DNA of 64,000 bases from positions 453,149 through 517,148 of the forward strand of contig JBFWOS010000002.1 in the NCBI GenBank assembly GCA_050250375.1. Direction: 5' to 3'. Source of the stretch: Candidatus Omnitrophota bacterium (GTDB lineage: Bacteria; Omnitrophota; Gorgyraeia; Zapsychrales; Zapsychraceae). Positions 38,154 through 49,000 of the stretch are shown piece by piece. The notes under the pieces were generated by a model. It was not told the DNA's origin and made no database searches. It saw only the letters and a list, made by a program, of their open reading frames with translations. Each line of letters begins with the position of its first letter. Positions within the stretch are counted from its first letter, which is position 1. A program made the translations under genes and the position numbers.

Positions 38154-39197
38154 TTACGGTTTGATTTGCTTGAGCAGATGGAATATTTTTAAATATTCCC
38201 CTTCCGTCTCTCCCAAATCCAGGATATATTCCCCTCTTTGCAGAACATCCTTCGGGGGAGAGATGACCGGGTTCTCGAGAATCTCCTTGTTCAGGTAAGG
38301 TTCCGCCTCGATCGTGACCGGGTAGAAAAACATGTTGGAGTTGCGGGCGACATTCTCGGGTTTCATGAGAAAATTGATCAGCTGATAAGCCTCTTCCCTG
38401 TGAGGGCTGTCGATGCTGATGACAAGGTTGTCCAGGCCAAAGCTGAAGCCTTCTTTCGGATAGACATATTTAATATCGTCCCGGTCCCCGGCGTAGGTCA
38501 TCATGTCTCCGTTGTAGGTCTGGGCGATCCACCATTCGCCGCTCATCACTTTTTCGAGATTGCCGATCGTGTCGCCGAATTGCACGCCGTTGGCTTTAAG
38601 GAGCAGGGCGTTTTCCTGGACCTTCTTCAGTTCCTGGGGATCGGTTGTGTTGACTGAGAAACGGGAATATTTTAACACCGCGCTCATCGCGTCGCGGTTG
38701 TCATCCATAAGAGCGATTTTATCTTTGTATTTCGGGTCCCAGAGCACCGACCAGCTGTCGACATCCGCCGGGACAAATTTGGTGTTGATGGCCAGGCCCG
38801 CCGCCCCCCAAAGGCCGGCCACGACCGAATATTTGTTTTTCGGGTCATACGGAGGGTTCCTGAATTGTTTTTTGATGTGCTGCGTGCCGGTTATTTTGGA
38901 CAGGTCCAGTTCCTCAAGCAGCCTGGATTCGATGAGGACCGGGATCGTTTCATCCGACGCCAGGATCACGTCAAACCCGCCGGGCTCGGACTGGATCTCG
39001 GAGAGCATCATGTCCTTGGTTTCGTATTCCCGCAGGATCACCTTGACCCCGGTCTGTTTTTCGAAATCATCCAGGATCGCCTGGTCCGTGTATTCATACC
39101 AGTTGTAAAAGTACACCGCTTTTTCCCCCTGGGCAAAGCCGGGGTGGGTGAACAGCGAAAAGAGTAAAAGCCACAGGAAACAGGACAGTTTTCTCAT
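38154..39197 (-). CDS. Spermidine/putrescine-type ABC substrate-binding protein (PotD/PotF family)
   Basis: FYNWYEY..., FEKQTGVKV, DPKNKYSV, SWSVLWDP.YK.KI, YPKEG...DN..I. Confidence 0.88.
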   Translation of the reverse strand: MRKLSCFLWLLLFSLFTHPGFAQGEKAVYFYNWYEYTDQAILDDFEKQTGVKVILREYETKDMMLSEIQSEPGGFDVILASDETIPVLIESRLLEELDLSKITGTQHIKKQFRNPPYDPKNKYSVVAGLWGAAGLAINTKFVPADVDSWSVLWDPKYKDKIALMDDNRDAMSAVLKYSRFSVNTTDPQELKKVQENALLLKANGVQFGDTIGNLEKVMSGEWWIAQTYNGDMMTYAGDRDDIKYVYPKEGFSFGLDNLVISIDSPHREEAYQLINFLMKPENVARNSNMFFYPVTIEAEPYLNKEILENPVISPPKDVLQRGEYILDLGETEGEYLKIFHLLKQIKP

Positions 39198-39324
39198 CAG
39201 TCGGCCTCCTTGCCGTGTTTTAAAGGGGACATTTTTTCGTAAATGCGCTATTTTGTTATACTTCGAATTGCGGGACTATACAACGGTTAAATCAGAAAAC
39301 TGGCGGCAGGAAAATTGCATAACT

Positions 39325-39432
39325 TAACAAGATACAAGAAACAAACAAATTCCAATGAACAAGTTTCAAACAAAAAATATTGGTTTGGTTTTTGGGATTT
39401 GGTTATTTTTTGATATTTGTGTCTTGTCTTTA
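39325..39432. repeat. Degenerate inverted heptamer-like array (…ACAAG/…CAAA versus TTTGG/CTTGT)
   Basis: TAACAAG ATACAAG AAACAAA CAAATTCC ... TTTGG TTTTTGG GATTTGG ... TTTGTGTCTTGTCTT. Confidence 0.5.
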
Positions 39433-39464
39433 GTAACTTTCTCTATTGATTAAGTCCGATTGTT

Positions 39465-40091
39465 TTATGCCCCCGGATCAGAACTTAATAAGTTTTCATA
39501 TGTGTCATTATGAACAACCTTTTCATTCGATTCTTTTAGGCTTTTATAATACTTCAGGGCTTCTTTTTGATCAAATGCAGTAGAATTTTCATTTGAATAA
39601 TAAGAGAATAAATCATTTGCTGCGAACGTACAGCCGTTTTTAAAAGCTTGGTTAAACCAATAGATCATTTTTTCTTGATCGTGCGGGACTCCTTTAGCGC
39701 ATTGATAACAAAGGCCTAACCAACGCATAGCCTTTTCATCTCCCTTGTCCGCATCCCGCATAAAAAGATCAAAGGCTTTTTTGTAGTAGCTGTTTGATAA
39801 GTTGTTATCTTTTGTTGAGTTTTTAATATTATTCGATTCGAGTGAAGGATCATATATCAGGCCAAGAAAATAATGGGCTTCGGCAAAGTCTTGGGCTGAA
39901 CTTCTTTCAAACCAGAGAAGGGCTATTGAAATGTCTGGAGAAACACCATTCCCAACTAAGTAGGCCTCACCGATCACGAATTGAGCTTTGGGGTTCCCTT
40001 CCTCTGCAAATGGTAAAATGATTGAGAGGGACTCCTTAAATTTATTTTCTGCATATAATTTAAAACCGTCTTGGAATGAAGGAGTATTCAT
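39465..40091 (-). CDS. Sel1-like repeat protein (AT-rich)
   Basis: AEEGNPKAQFVIGEAYLVGNGV...WFERSSAQ and ADKGDEKAMRWLGLCY..AKGVPHD. Confidence 0.85.
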   Translation of the reverse strand: MNTPSFQDGFKLYAENKFKESLSIILPFAEEGNPKAQFVIGEAYLVGNGVSPDISIALLWFERSSAQDFAEAHYFLGLIYDPSLESNNIKNSTKDNNLSNSYYKKAFDLFMRDADKGDEKAMRWLGLCYQCAKGVPHDQEKMIYWFNQAFKNGCTFAANDLFSYYSNENSTAFDQKEALKYYKSLKESNEKVVHNDTYENLLSSDPGA

Positions 40092-40189
40092 ATTGTTTTA
40101 TCTCAGTTCCAGATCCACCAACGCTCCATCCACAGGCTTTGTTGAGACGCCGGACTTGGTGTGCAGGTCTTTAATGGCCTTTTGACAAT

Positions 40190-41086
40190 TTAGTCGACTC
40201 CGGTGCCACTTAATCTTTTCAACTCAATATGGGCAAATTGTTTGTCTTCATCATTACATGCCAAATCGATACAAATTTTCTGATACATTTCAATTGCTTT
40301 TGGCACTTCATTATTTGCTACATACGCAAAAGCTAAATTAAAATATGCATCAATATAATCAGATTGTAAATTAATTACCTTTTTAAAAAAAATTATCGCT
40401 GTCTTATAATCTGCATTTTCATATGAACATAAACCCATGTTAAAATTCGCTTCTACATGATTTGAGTTTTTTTCTAAGATATGGTGAAGATATTTTTCTG
40501 CTGTTTCAAATTTTTTAATTCCAATATATATTTTAGCTAACCCAATGTACGAATTGTAATTGTCAGCAGAAATCGTTATAGATTCTTTATAGTCATTTAT
40601 TGCAGCATCATAATTATAAGTACAATAATTTGACCAAGCTCTATTGGAATAAGCCATAGAATTATTAGGGTCTATCTCGATGGCTTTGGTGTAATCCTTT
40701 AAACTTTTGTCATATAATTTTAACTTAGAATATGTTAAACCCCGATTGATGTAGGAATTGACATGCTGAGGACTGAGCTCTAGGGCTTTCGTATAATCTG
40801 AAATAGCTTCATCAAAAGAATTAATTATTCTATAAACGTTTGCCCGATTATAGAATGCTTCATAAAAAGGCACACTAATTCTTATTGAACTTGTATAATC
40901 TGCGATTGCTTTTTCATATTCTTCTAGATCAGCATAAGAGTTTCCACGATTATAGTATATATCCCCATTGCTGGCATCAATCTCAAGAGCCTTGGTATAG
41001 TATGTAATGGCTTTAACATGACACCCATTAATGCGGTAATTATGAGCTTCTTCACAATATTTTTCGATTAGTTCTTCAGAATTCAT
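40190..41086 (-). CDS. Tetratricopeptide repeat protein (AT-rich)
   Basis: Repeated YYNRG..Y..L..Y.KAI.DY.KA.E..P units. Confidence 0.9.
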   Translation of the reverse strand: MNSEELIEKYCEEAHNYRINGCHVKAITYYTKALEIDASNGDIYYNRGNSYADLEEYEKAIADYTSSIRISVPFYEAFYNRANVYRIINSFDEAISDYTKALELSPQHVNSYINRGLTYSKLKLYDKSLKDYTKAIEIDPNNSMAYSNRAWSNYCTYNYDAAINDYKESITISADNYNSYIGLAKIYIGIKKFETAEKYLHHILEKNSNHVEANFNMGLCSYENADYKTAIIFFKKVINLQSDYIDAYFNLAFAYVANNEVPKAIEMYQKICIDLACNDEDKQFAHIELKRLSGTGVD

Positions 41087-41127
41087 AGTTACAATTTATC
41101 TTTTAATGGCCTTATTTTTTTGTAAAG

Positions 41128-41190
41128 TTCCGGGGACACGTGCTTAATTATTGCGCGACTATTTTTCTAATTGGGTACGTGTCCCCGGAA
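41128..41190. repeat. REP-like inverted repeat with 23-bp arms
   Basis: TTCCGGGGACACGTGCTTAATTA (41128-41150) versus TAATTGGGTACGTGTCCCCGGAA (41168-41190); 3 mismatches. Confidence 0.8.
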
Positions 41191-41201
41191 TTCCACTTTT
41201 T

Positions 41202-41429
41202 TCAAACATTAATTTCATACTTCCGTGACAGCGCGTCGCCATTCACGGCATTGAGAAACGCTTTGAGTTTTTTGTTGGGGATATTGATTTCGGTCACTTT
41301 GTCGTGCGTGGCGTCTTCGAAGATGATGTTGATGCACCGCTTCCCCTGTTCATCCGGGTAATGTTTGACATACATCCGGAACTCACTCCCGAATTCGCTC
41401 CATTCGATGATTTCGTTTAATTTGGACAT
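41202..41429 (-). CDS. Small hypothetical protein
   Basis: 75-aa ORF co-oriented with its neighbours. Confidence 0.5.
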   Translation of the reverse strand: MSKLNEIIEWSEFGSEFRMYVKHYPDEQGKRCINIIFEDATHDKVTEINIPNKKLKAFLNAVNGDALSRKYEINV

Positions 41430-41521
41430 CTTTATTGCCCTTTCTAATATTCATCTTTAAGGGGTTTTGTCTTTGAGGTTCTTTCAAATTAGCGCGCTGT
41501 TCCGTATCTTTTAATAATAAA

Positions 41522-42469
41522 CTATTTTGGCGTACATCGTTTAAAACGAAATGCGATCTCTTCAATGATAATTTCTAACGTATCACTGTCAATGACTCTA
41601 TACTTTGGGTCATTTTCGATTGTTGAATTGGGTAAATAAAAGCCTTCTTCAAAACATCCACTAGGACCACAAAAAATGACAGAATATTTACTATCCTCAG
41701 ATCTATTGATGGCAATTCCAAAATCATGCGAGCAATCCGTCTTCCAGAAACCAATGTAGGGGTGTTTTTTTTTCCATTTAAGAGTAGTTGTAATAGTCTC
41801 TGAGTTTTCATGAAAGCCTACCTCACCGCGTGCCAATCGACCGTTCATGATTTTCTTTTGAGAAACAATTTTTCCGGTCTCATCATATTCACTTAATACG
41901 CCGGTATATTCACCATTTTGTTTAGAAATAAGAGCGCCATTTTTATCATATTCTTCAAAGTTAGTGAGTTTTAATTTTTTAATATCAAATTTCCTGAATA
42001 ATTTTCCATTTGGATGATATTCTTTTCTATATCCATCTCCATAATAGTAAGAGGATTCATATTTTAATGTACCGTCCAAGAAATATCTCCAAACTCGTTG
42101 AGTTTTACGATCAGGCATTCCATTCTCAAAATTATGCTCATGCTGTAATGTGCCGTCTTTATTAAATTTTTGAACGAGCCCTTCAACGATATCATCTTTA
42201 TAATTATATGTTTGTTCCAAGTTACCATTGGCCGTATATTGTTTCAGTGTGCCTTGTTTTTTTCCGTCAACATACATAACTTCTTGATACAAGTTTCCAT
42301 TTTCATGATACCTTTTTGATGGGCCATGTCTCTTGCCGTCTTTATAAGTTCGTTCGTACTGCATTTGACCGTTCGGAAAGAATTCTTTACGAATCTCGGT
42401 TTCTTGGGCGTGAACGGTTACTTGTAGTAGCAAAGCCCAAAAAAATGTGGTAAATAGTATTTTTTTCAC
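41522..42469 (-). CDS. Exported MORN-variant repeat protein (YwqK-like)
   Basis: Signal peptide; repeats of Y..NG.L..E..Y.DGK..G. Confidence 0.85.
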   Translation of the reverse strand: MKKILFTTFFWALLLQVTVHAQETEIRKEFFPNGQMQYERTYKDGKRHGPSKRYHENGNLYQEVMYVDGKKQGTLKQYTANGNLEQTYNYKDDIVEGLVQKFNKDGTLQHEHNFENGMPDRKTQRVWRYFLDGTLKYESSYYYGDGYRKEYHPNGKLFRKFDIKKLKLTNFEEYDKNGALISKQNGEYTGVLSEYDETGKIVSQKKIMNGRLARGEVGFHENSETITTTLKWKKKHPYIGFWKTDCSHDFGIAINRSEDSKYSVIFCGPSGCFEEGFYLPNSTIENDPKYRVIDSDTLEIIIEEIAFRFKRCTPK

Positions 42470-42562
42470 TCTAACCTTCTATGGATTTTTATGGTGGTGT
42501 ATTTTTTATAGTCTTGATTATACGACCAATCGCGGATAATTCCTAGTCTGATTTCACGGGTT

Positions 42563-42667
42563 TTAACGCGCCAGGGTGAGTTTGGGGGCGGCGGGGATTT
42601 TTTCGTTTGGTCCGGCATGGCCCAGGATAAACGGCATTAAAGGAACGGGTTTGAAGTCGATGATGAC
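42563..42667 (-). repeat. Orphan copy of the last 35 codons of giant gene 2
   Basis: 90/105 nt identical to 43041-43145; encodes VIIDFKPVPLMPFILGHAGPNEKIPAAPKLTLAR*. Confidence 0.92.
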
Positions 42668-42668
42668 C

Positions 42669-42941
42669 TCAAGAGTCAGACCTCTTCGACTTTTCCCAAG
42701 TGGAATATAAAAGGGCTGGAAAAAAAGCCATTTGTTCTTCACGAAAAGACTCCTGAATAAATCTTTCATTCAGTTTCTTAAGTAATTCTTCTTTCGTTAA
42801 ATCAGGATGGCGGCGTTTTATTTCTCCGGAGACGCGCGAACGCGCCAGATCATGCAGTTCAAATGCCAACTGGATTCTTTGGTAGGGTTTAAGCCGGCGC
42901 AGGTATTGACGCTGCTGAGTGCTTGATTCGTGTCTATCCAT
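42669..42941 (-). CDS. Small helical protein resembling nucleotidyltransferase-associated antitoxin-like proteins
   Basis: RBS GAGGTA before MDRHESS; YLRRLKPYQRIQLAFEL.DLAR....IKRRHPDL..EE pattern. Confidence 0.55.
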   Translation of the reverse strand: MDRHESSTQQRQYLRRLKPYQRIQLAFELHDLARSRVSGEIKRRHPDLTKEELLKKLNERFIQESFREEQMAFFPALLYSTWEKSKRSDS

Positions 42942-43040
42942 AAATACCTCTACGTGTTTAACTGATAAACCTATAATACTGTCTTTTTCTGTTTTAGACA
43001 AGACTGAAAAAATATTCCAGGTTTTATTTTAAATGAATAA

Positions 43041-46000
43041 CTATCGCGCCAGGGTAAGTTTGGGGGCGGCGGGGGTTTCTTCGTTTGGTCCGGCATGGCC
43101 CAGGATAAACGGCAGGTACAGGACGGGGCGGATGTCGATGATGACCGGGAAGTATCCGCCGATGTGCATGAGTTCCAGCGGCTGTTCCTGGATGGGCAGC
43201 GGGATGCCGAAGTCATCACGTTTGATCTGTAAATCCAGCCAGCGCGGGTTTAAGTCGATCCCCCCCACGGACTTGATCGTCTGTTCTTCGGCGGACATCA
43301 TGTGGTCCTTTTTGGGATCGGACGTCCGGACGTGGGCCAGGACTTCCGGGTTGAGGACATTTTCCGGGATCTTGCCGTCAATCAGGCGCCTGAGGTTCAG
43401 CATGGCGCGCGCGATCTTGAATTGCCTGACCTTCCAGACGGCGGCGGCCGTGTGGCCGGACAGTTTGACATTGGTGAGCTGTTCCCCCTCATCGTTGACA
43501 AACCGGCGCTGGCTTTCCCCTTCGTCGTTTAAGACGTCCAGCCGGATCTGAACGCCGGGGTGTTCGATGGCGTAATGGATCAGCGCGTTTTCATCCACCT
43601 GGAATTTGCTCGCGTTGATCAGGACGCGCACCGGGCCTTCTGCGTCCAGACCGAATTGCTGCAGGGCCTCTTCGTTCACCCATTCGACATTGCGCTGTTT
43701 GGAGGAATCGTCCAGGGTGGTGACAATATTACTGCGCCGGAAGAAATCCATTTTGTCGGCGTAGGCCGGCGCTTTCATGCCGGGCCCGTACACCTTGCGG
43801 CGGTTGTCGGCGATCTGGCTGAACGCGTCATGTTTGGCCTCCAGGTCGCGGGTGTCCATGCTTTCGGTATCAATCAGGAGATTAACGCCGAAGGCCAGCG
43901 CCCGTTTCGCCAGGGCTGTCCCGATGCGCCGGATGCCGTGCACGCCGAACGTCTGACGGGCGAGGCCCGTCTGAAGGACGTTGCTATCCTTAATAAAAAT
44001 CTGGTCCGCGTCAATCACGACCCCTTTGACCTTTTCCTTGTCCCGCAGGCTTTTGTAGGCCTTGTCCGACGGTGTTTTCAGGATATAATCGGACGACCGC
44101 ACCAGTTCCGATTCCTCCACGAGTTTTAAATTGATCGAGATCCCTTTGATCTCGGAGTTTTTTATGATCGTCTGGATCAGGTCCTGGATCCGCCGGCGTG
44201 TGGATTCGCTCAGTTGTTCATATTCTTTGCGCAACACATAAATGGTGGCGGCCTGGTGGATGACGGCGGTTTCCAGCAGGTTGACCCCGGCGGTCTGCAG
44301 TCCCAGGATCCCGATCGTGGTGTGGATGCCGGCTTCGTCGTTCTGCCCGATCTGGTCGTGGTAAACGGTTGAATCGGGCGACACGCCGGTCTTGGCGTAT
44401 TTTCCGGAGCGGCCGAATTCAAACATCTCGTCCAGTTTCAGGGCTTTTTTGAGCAGCATGTACCACATGATGTGGGCCGCGTTGAGGCGTTCTTCGTTTG
44501 TCTTGGGCTTGACGCCCGAGAGTTTGACCGAGCCGGGTGTTTGTTCGAAGGAGACAAGCTGTCCGTAAACGCCGTCTAACGCCAGGGCGATATTCTGTTC
44601 GGCCACGGCGATGGTCGTCGGGCCGGGCGCGGTCGTGACCACGGTCTGGTGGCGGGTCGCCGCGTCCAGGTCGATATTGTGTTCGGCCGTGGCAAATAAG
44701 ACCAGGCCTTTCAGGTCGGCCTTTTCAAAGAAGGCGTCGTCAAAGCGGGTGTTGCAGTAACCCACGCAGAAGTCGTAGTCTTTCTGCGAGACGATCTGTC
44801 CGACGTTCGGGTCAATCCCGGCGATCAGACGCCCGTCTTTCTCAACGACCTCGGACTCGCTGCCGATGATGTCAAAATTGATATCGGAGAAATTGTCGCG
44901 CAGGGCCTCGATCATGTCCGGGTTGAGCGGTTCGACGACAAGAACGTTTGTCTTCCCCCTCTGCGAGGTCATCCGTTTAAATTTGAGTCCGGCCAGGGTG
45001 ACGTCGGTTTCTTTGTGGTACAGCACGTGGCCGTTTAAGATATTATGCGGGACCTGGAAGTTCATCAGCCGTTCCAGATTGTCCAGGGCGCGCTGAACTT
45101 TAAGCCGGCGGACCTGCGGAACGGCGGCGGCGGTGTGGCCGGCCACTTTGATATTGGGCAGCGGATTGTTCGACGCGTCCCTGAAGCGCTGGTGGGCGTC
45201 GCCTTTTTCTTCCTGGTTCACCACGTCCAGGCGGACTTCGACGTCCGGACGGTCCCGTAAATAATGCAGCAAGGCCTCTTCATCGATCAGGTTTTTGACC
45301 TGGCTGACAATGGCGCGCACGTCGCCCTTGGCGGACACGCCGAATTGTTCCAGTTTTTCGGCGTCAATCCACGATTCCGTTTCCGTGGTTAAAGGTGTTA
45401 AGGTCGTAATGATATTGCTCTGCTGCATGAAATGATCAAGGTCAACAAAAACGGCCCTTTGCTGTTCCGGGCCAGCGTCCCGCAGCATGAAAAATGACAG
45501 GCTGTTGAGGAAGTCGATTTTTTCCGTATACATCGGACGGGTGGATTCCCTTTGGTTGATCAGGGCGGTCGCGCGCAGGGCGATCACCCGCTGGGCCACG
45601 GCCTTTCCGATGCGTCCCAGCCCCTGTATCCCGACTTTCAAACCGGCCAACGAAAGTGAAAGCGTGGCCGGGTCTTTGATAAAAATGGTCTGCGGGTCGA
45701 CGTCGATCGGGTGCGCGTCCAGGAAATCACTTAAAGTCCTGTTCTGCCGGGCGGCCGGGGTGGCGATGGTGTAATCGGACACTTCCACCAGCACTTCTTT
45801 GGGCAGCGGTTTGATGGAGATTTTCATATCGTATTTACGTTTATTTTCTTCCATCGTTTTGATGAGGGATTGAAACCGCTCTTTGGCGGTTTCGTCCAGA
45901 TTTTTGTATTCATCTTCATCAACATAAATGGTGGATAATTCATGGGTGATGGCCATCTCGATGAGCCGTTCACCGACGGAATCAAGGCCCAGGATCCCCA

Positions 46001-49000
46001 GGCTGGTGTGGATGTCGGCCTCTTTGTTCTGCCCGAGCTGGTCGTGGTAGACGGTGGCCTGCGCGCCCACACCCGTGCGCACGTAACGTCCCTTGGTGGC
46101 GAAGGTGAACATTTCATTGAGTTTGAGCGACTGCTGCAGGAGCCGGTACCAGATGATCTGCGCTTGGGCATCGGGGTCCGCGCCGGTTTCCCGGACCAGA
46201 TCCGTCATGCGGCCGGTGGCCAATGTTTCTTCGGACAAGACCTTGCCCGCGTAAATGGAATCCAGCATCAGGCCGATATTTTGTTCCGCGACGGCCACGG
46301 TGGTCGGGCCCGGGGCGTTGGTCACAACGATGTCGTTGCGGCTGGCCGCGTCCAGGTCGATGTTATGAACGCCGGTGGAAAACAGGATCAGTCCCTTAAT
46401 TTCGGATGTGTCAAAGAATTCTTGGTCAAAGGTCTCGTTCACGTACCCGAGGACATAGTCGTAATGTTTGGCCTTGACCAGATCTTTGAGTTTGCCGCGC
46501 ACGCCGGGGATCCAGTTGGCCGTGTCGTCTTCGACAATCTCGGAGTCCGGCTGGATGATGTCGAAGTCCACATTCCCCATCTTTTTATGCAGCATGGAAA
46601 TGATGTCCGGGCCGATGGGTTCAACAACAAGAATGCGCGCCCGCGGATTGGGGACTTTTAAGACCAGGAATTTGAGGCCGTGCATGGTTGTCTCTGTGAC
46701 TTCGAGTTTCGGCCCGCTGACCATCCGATCAATTGTGTCATCGGTGTGCGGGATCCCCATCGAGGTCAAGACCTTGGCGATCCGGTGGCTGGACAGGCGG
46801 TACTGGTTCGGATAAGGAAAAATGTCCGGCAGCTGATTGGTGTCCATGCGCCATTTTACGGAATTCCAGAAATCCGGCTGAAACAAATCGCCGTGGATTC
46901 TTGTAAATTCTTTCTGGAATATTAACGGGATTTTCAGTTCCGCGAACAGTAAACCCGGATACACCCGGAAACGGTTTTTGCTGTCTTCCCTGGCCGGCAG
47001 TGTGACGACCGGCGGCTGGACCTTGCGGTAACTGGGGGCTGTGCGGAATTCTGTTTCTTCAATGCGGCCCAGGCCGGCATTGTTCATATAAACGACCCGG
47101 CCCCAGGACGTGATCCCGAAATGCCTCAGCGACATGTCTAAAGGGAAAATCCCCATCGACGCCAAATGTTTGATGTTCCAGCCGATTTTAATCAGGATAT
47201 CCAGCTGGGCGGCCGCATCGCTCTGGGCCCAAATGTCGGCAACCGGCGTGATATGCCGCTGCGCGAACATATTGATAAATGTGATGTGCGTTTCATCCAC
47301 AAAAATATCGGCGCCGGCCTCGCGTTTGAGCAGATCGACCAGTTCCGGGTCTACCATCGAAATGGGAAAACGCACATTCGAATACGCCCAGGAATCCAGC
47401 AGCTGCCCGTGCCGGTTTGATTTATGGATATCGCGGTAGGTATCCACGATATGCCCCCGGTTGGGTGCGTTATCCCTGATCACTTTAATGACGATGGGTG
47501 ATCCGGGTACCGCCATGGTGATCGACTGGTCCCCGTCCCCCAGATATTGAAGCCTGTTTCCGCTTTGTTCCATTTGTTCGTACAGTTCACCGAGATAGAT
47601 TTGCTGGGAACGCTGCGTGAGCCCGACTAGGTCGTAAATCTGCGCGAGGCTGACTTCCGGGAAAATGTCGGCGATGAAACGGATGACCTCCGGAAAATCC
47701 GGCGCGTTGATCATGAACGACGAACGGGTCGAGGACAGCAAAAGGTTTTTTGAGGTTAAATAATCGGTGACGACCGCGTCGATGACGACGCCGTTGTTCG
47801 GGTGTTTCAGCGCGATGATCAGCGGCACCGGTTTGTCATTGGTCAGAAAACGGCCGACCACGTACGCGGCCTTGTTGCGGTAAAACAGGGGTTTAAGGAC
47901 TTCAATCCCTTTGATCTCGACGTCCGCAGGCAGATGGGACAGCTGTTCCTCCAGCATCGCCGCGGTGATTTCGATATCCGTATCAGGGGTTTCGTACAAA
48001 TCCCGCAGGTCAAAGTCGTTGAGGATGGCCTGCACCGTCTCGCGCAGCGCCTGCGGTCCCTGGTACGGGTGCTGATGAATGACCTTGTCCGCAGGTGTCC
48101 GGATCCCGGAAACGGGTGTTGTCTTGTAATCTTTACGTAAAGGAAAATATGTCAGCCGGCTCATGACGGAATCCAGGAAACTTAACAGCAGGTCCTGTTT
48201 GTAATAGTCCTCCTGCGTTTCATAGTTGTGGCGAAGCATTGTGCGGATTTCGTCCCAGATGTGGACGTCGTCGATATATTCGCCCAGGATCATGCCGATG
48301 ATCTGGGTGGTCTGGTTGCTGATGCTTTCCTGCATTTCAAGCCGCATCTGTGAATAAATCAGGTTGCCGCGCCAGTCTTTATCACGGAAGAAAATCCGGG
48401 CCTTGTCCGTGGTCCGTTTAAAATGCAGGTAATATTCTTCAAAGCTGTGCTGGAATTCCGTGACGGCGGCGTTGAGGGTGGTCTCGTACGGTCCGGCCCG
48501 GTAATCCAGGATTGTTTTTTTGCTGTAATCGGCGCGATGGCGCAGGATAAATTTAAACATCTGTTGGCGCTGGTCATCGGTCAGATCATTCTGCGCGCTT
48601 AAGGAAGATTGGTTCCAGTCGCTGGGCGTGATGGTGTTGTACGCGCCGAACACAAAATGGACATGTTCGGTTTTATCCGGATTGTCGATGAACCATTCCA
48701 TTTCCCGGGCGAGTTCGTCGCGTTGCGGATGCGAAAACAAGTCGCGCGGCACCAGGACAAAGACCGGTTTGTCTTCGGTCGCGCGGGACGTGACGGCTTC
48801 CAGCAGTTTTTCGGCCGGGACATTGTCTTCCGTAAAAAATTCCTGGAAGCTCTCCTGCCAGGTGGACAGGCCGGAGACGGCGGCCAGCGCGGGATAACTG
48901 TGCTGCCAGGTGTCGAACCCGAGCAGGTACCCCCCTTCATATCCGGACAGCGGGATCCGGTCGATGAAATCATAAACGGTCATGGCTTTTTGGCGGATCA

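Noticed and set aside
42563-43145. Diversity-generating retroelement TR/VR pair
   Set aside because: Mismatches are not confined to adenines in either copy (T/C, C/T, T/G also occur) and no reverse transcriptase is visible in the window.
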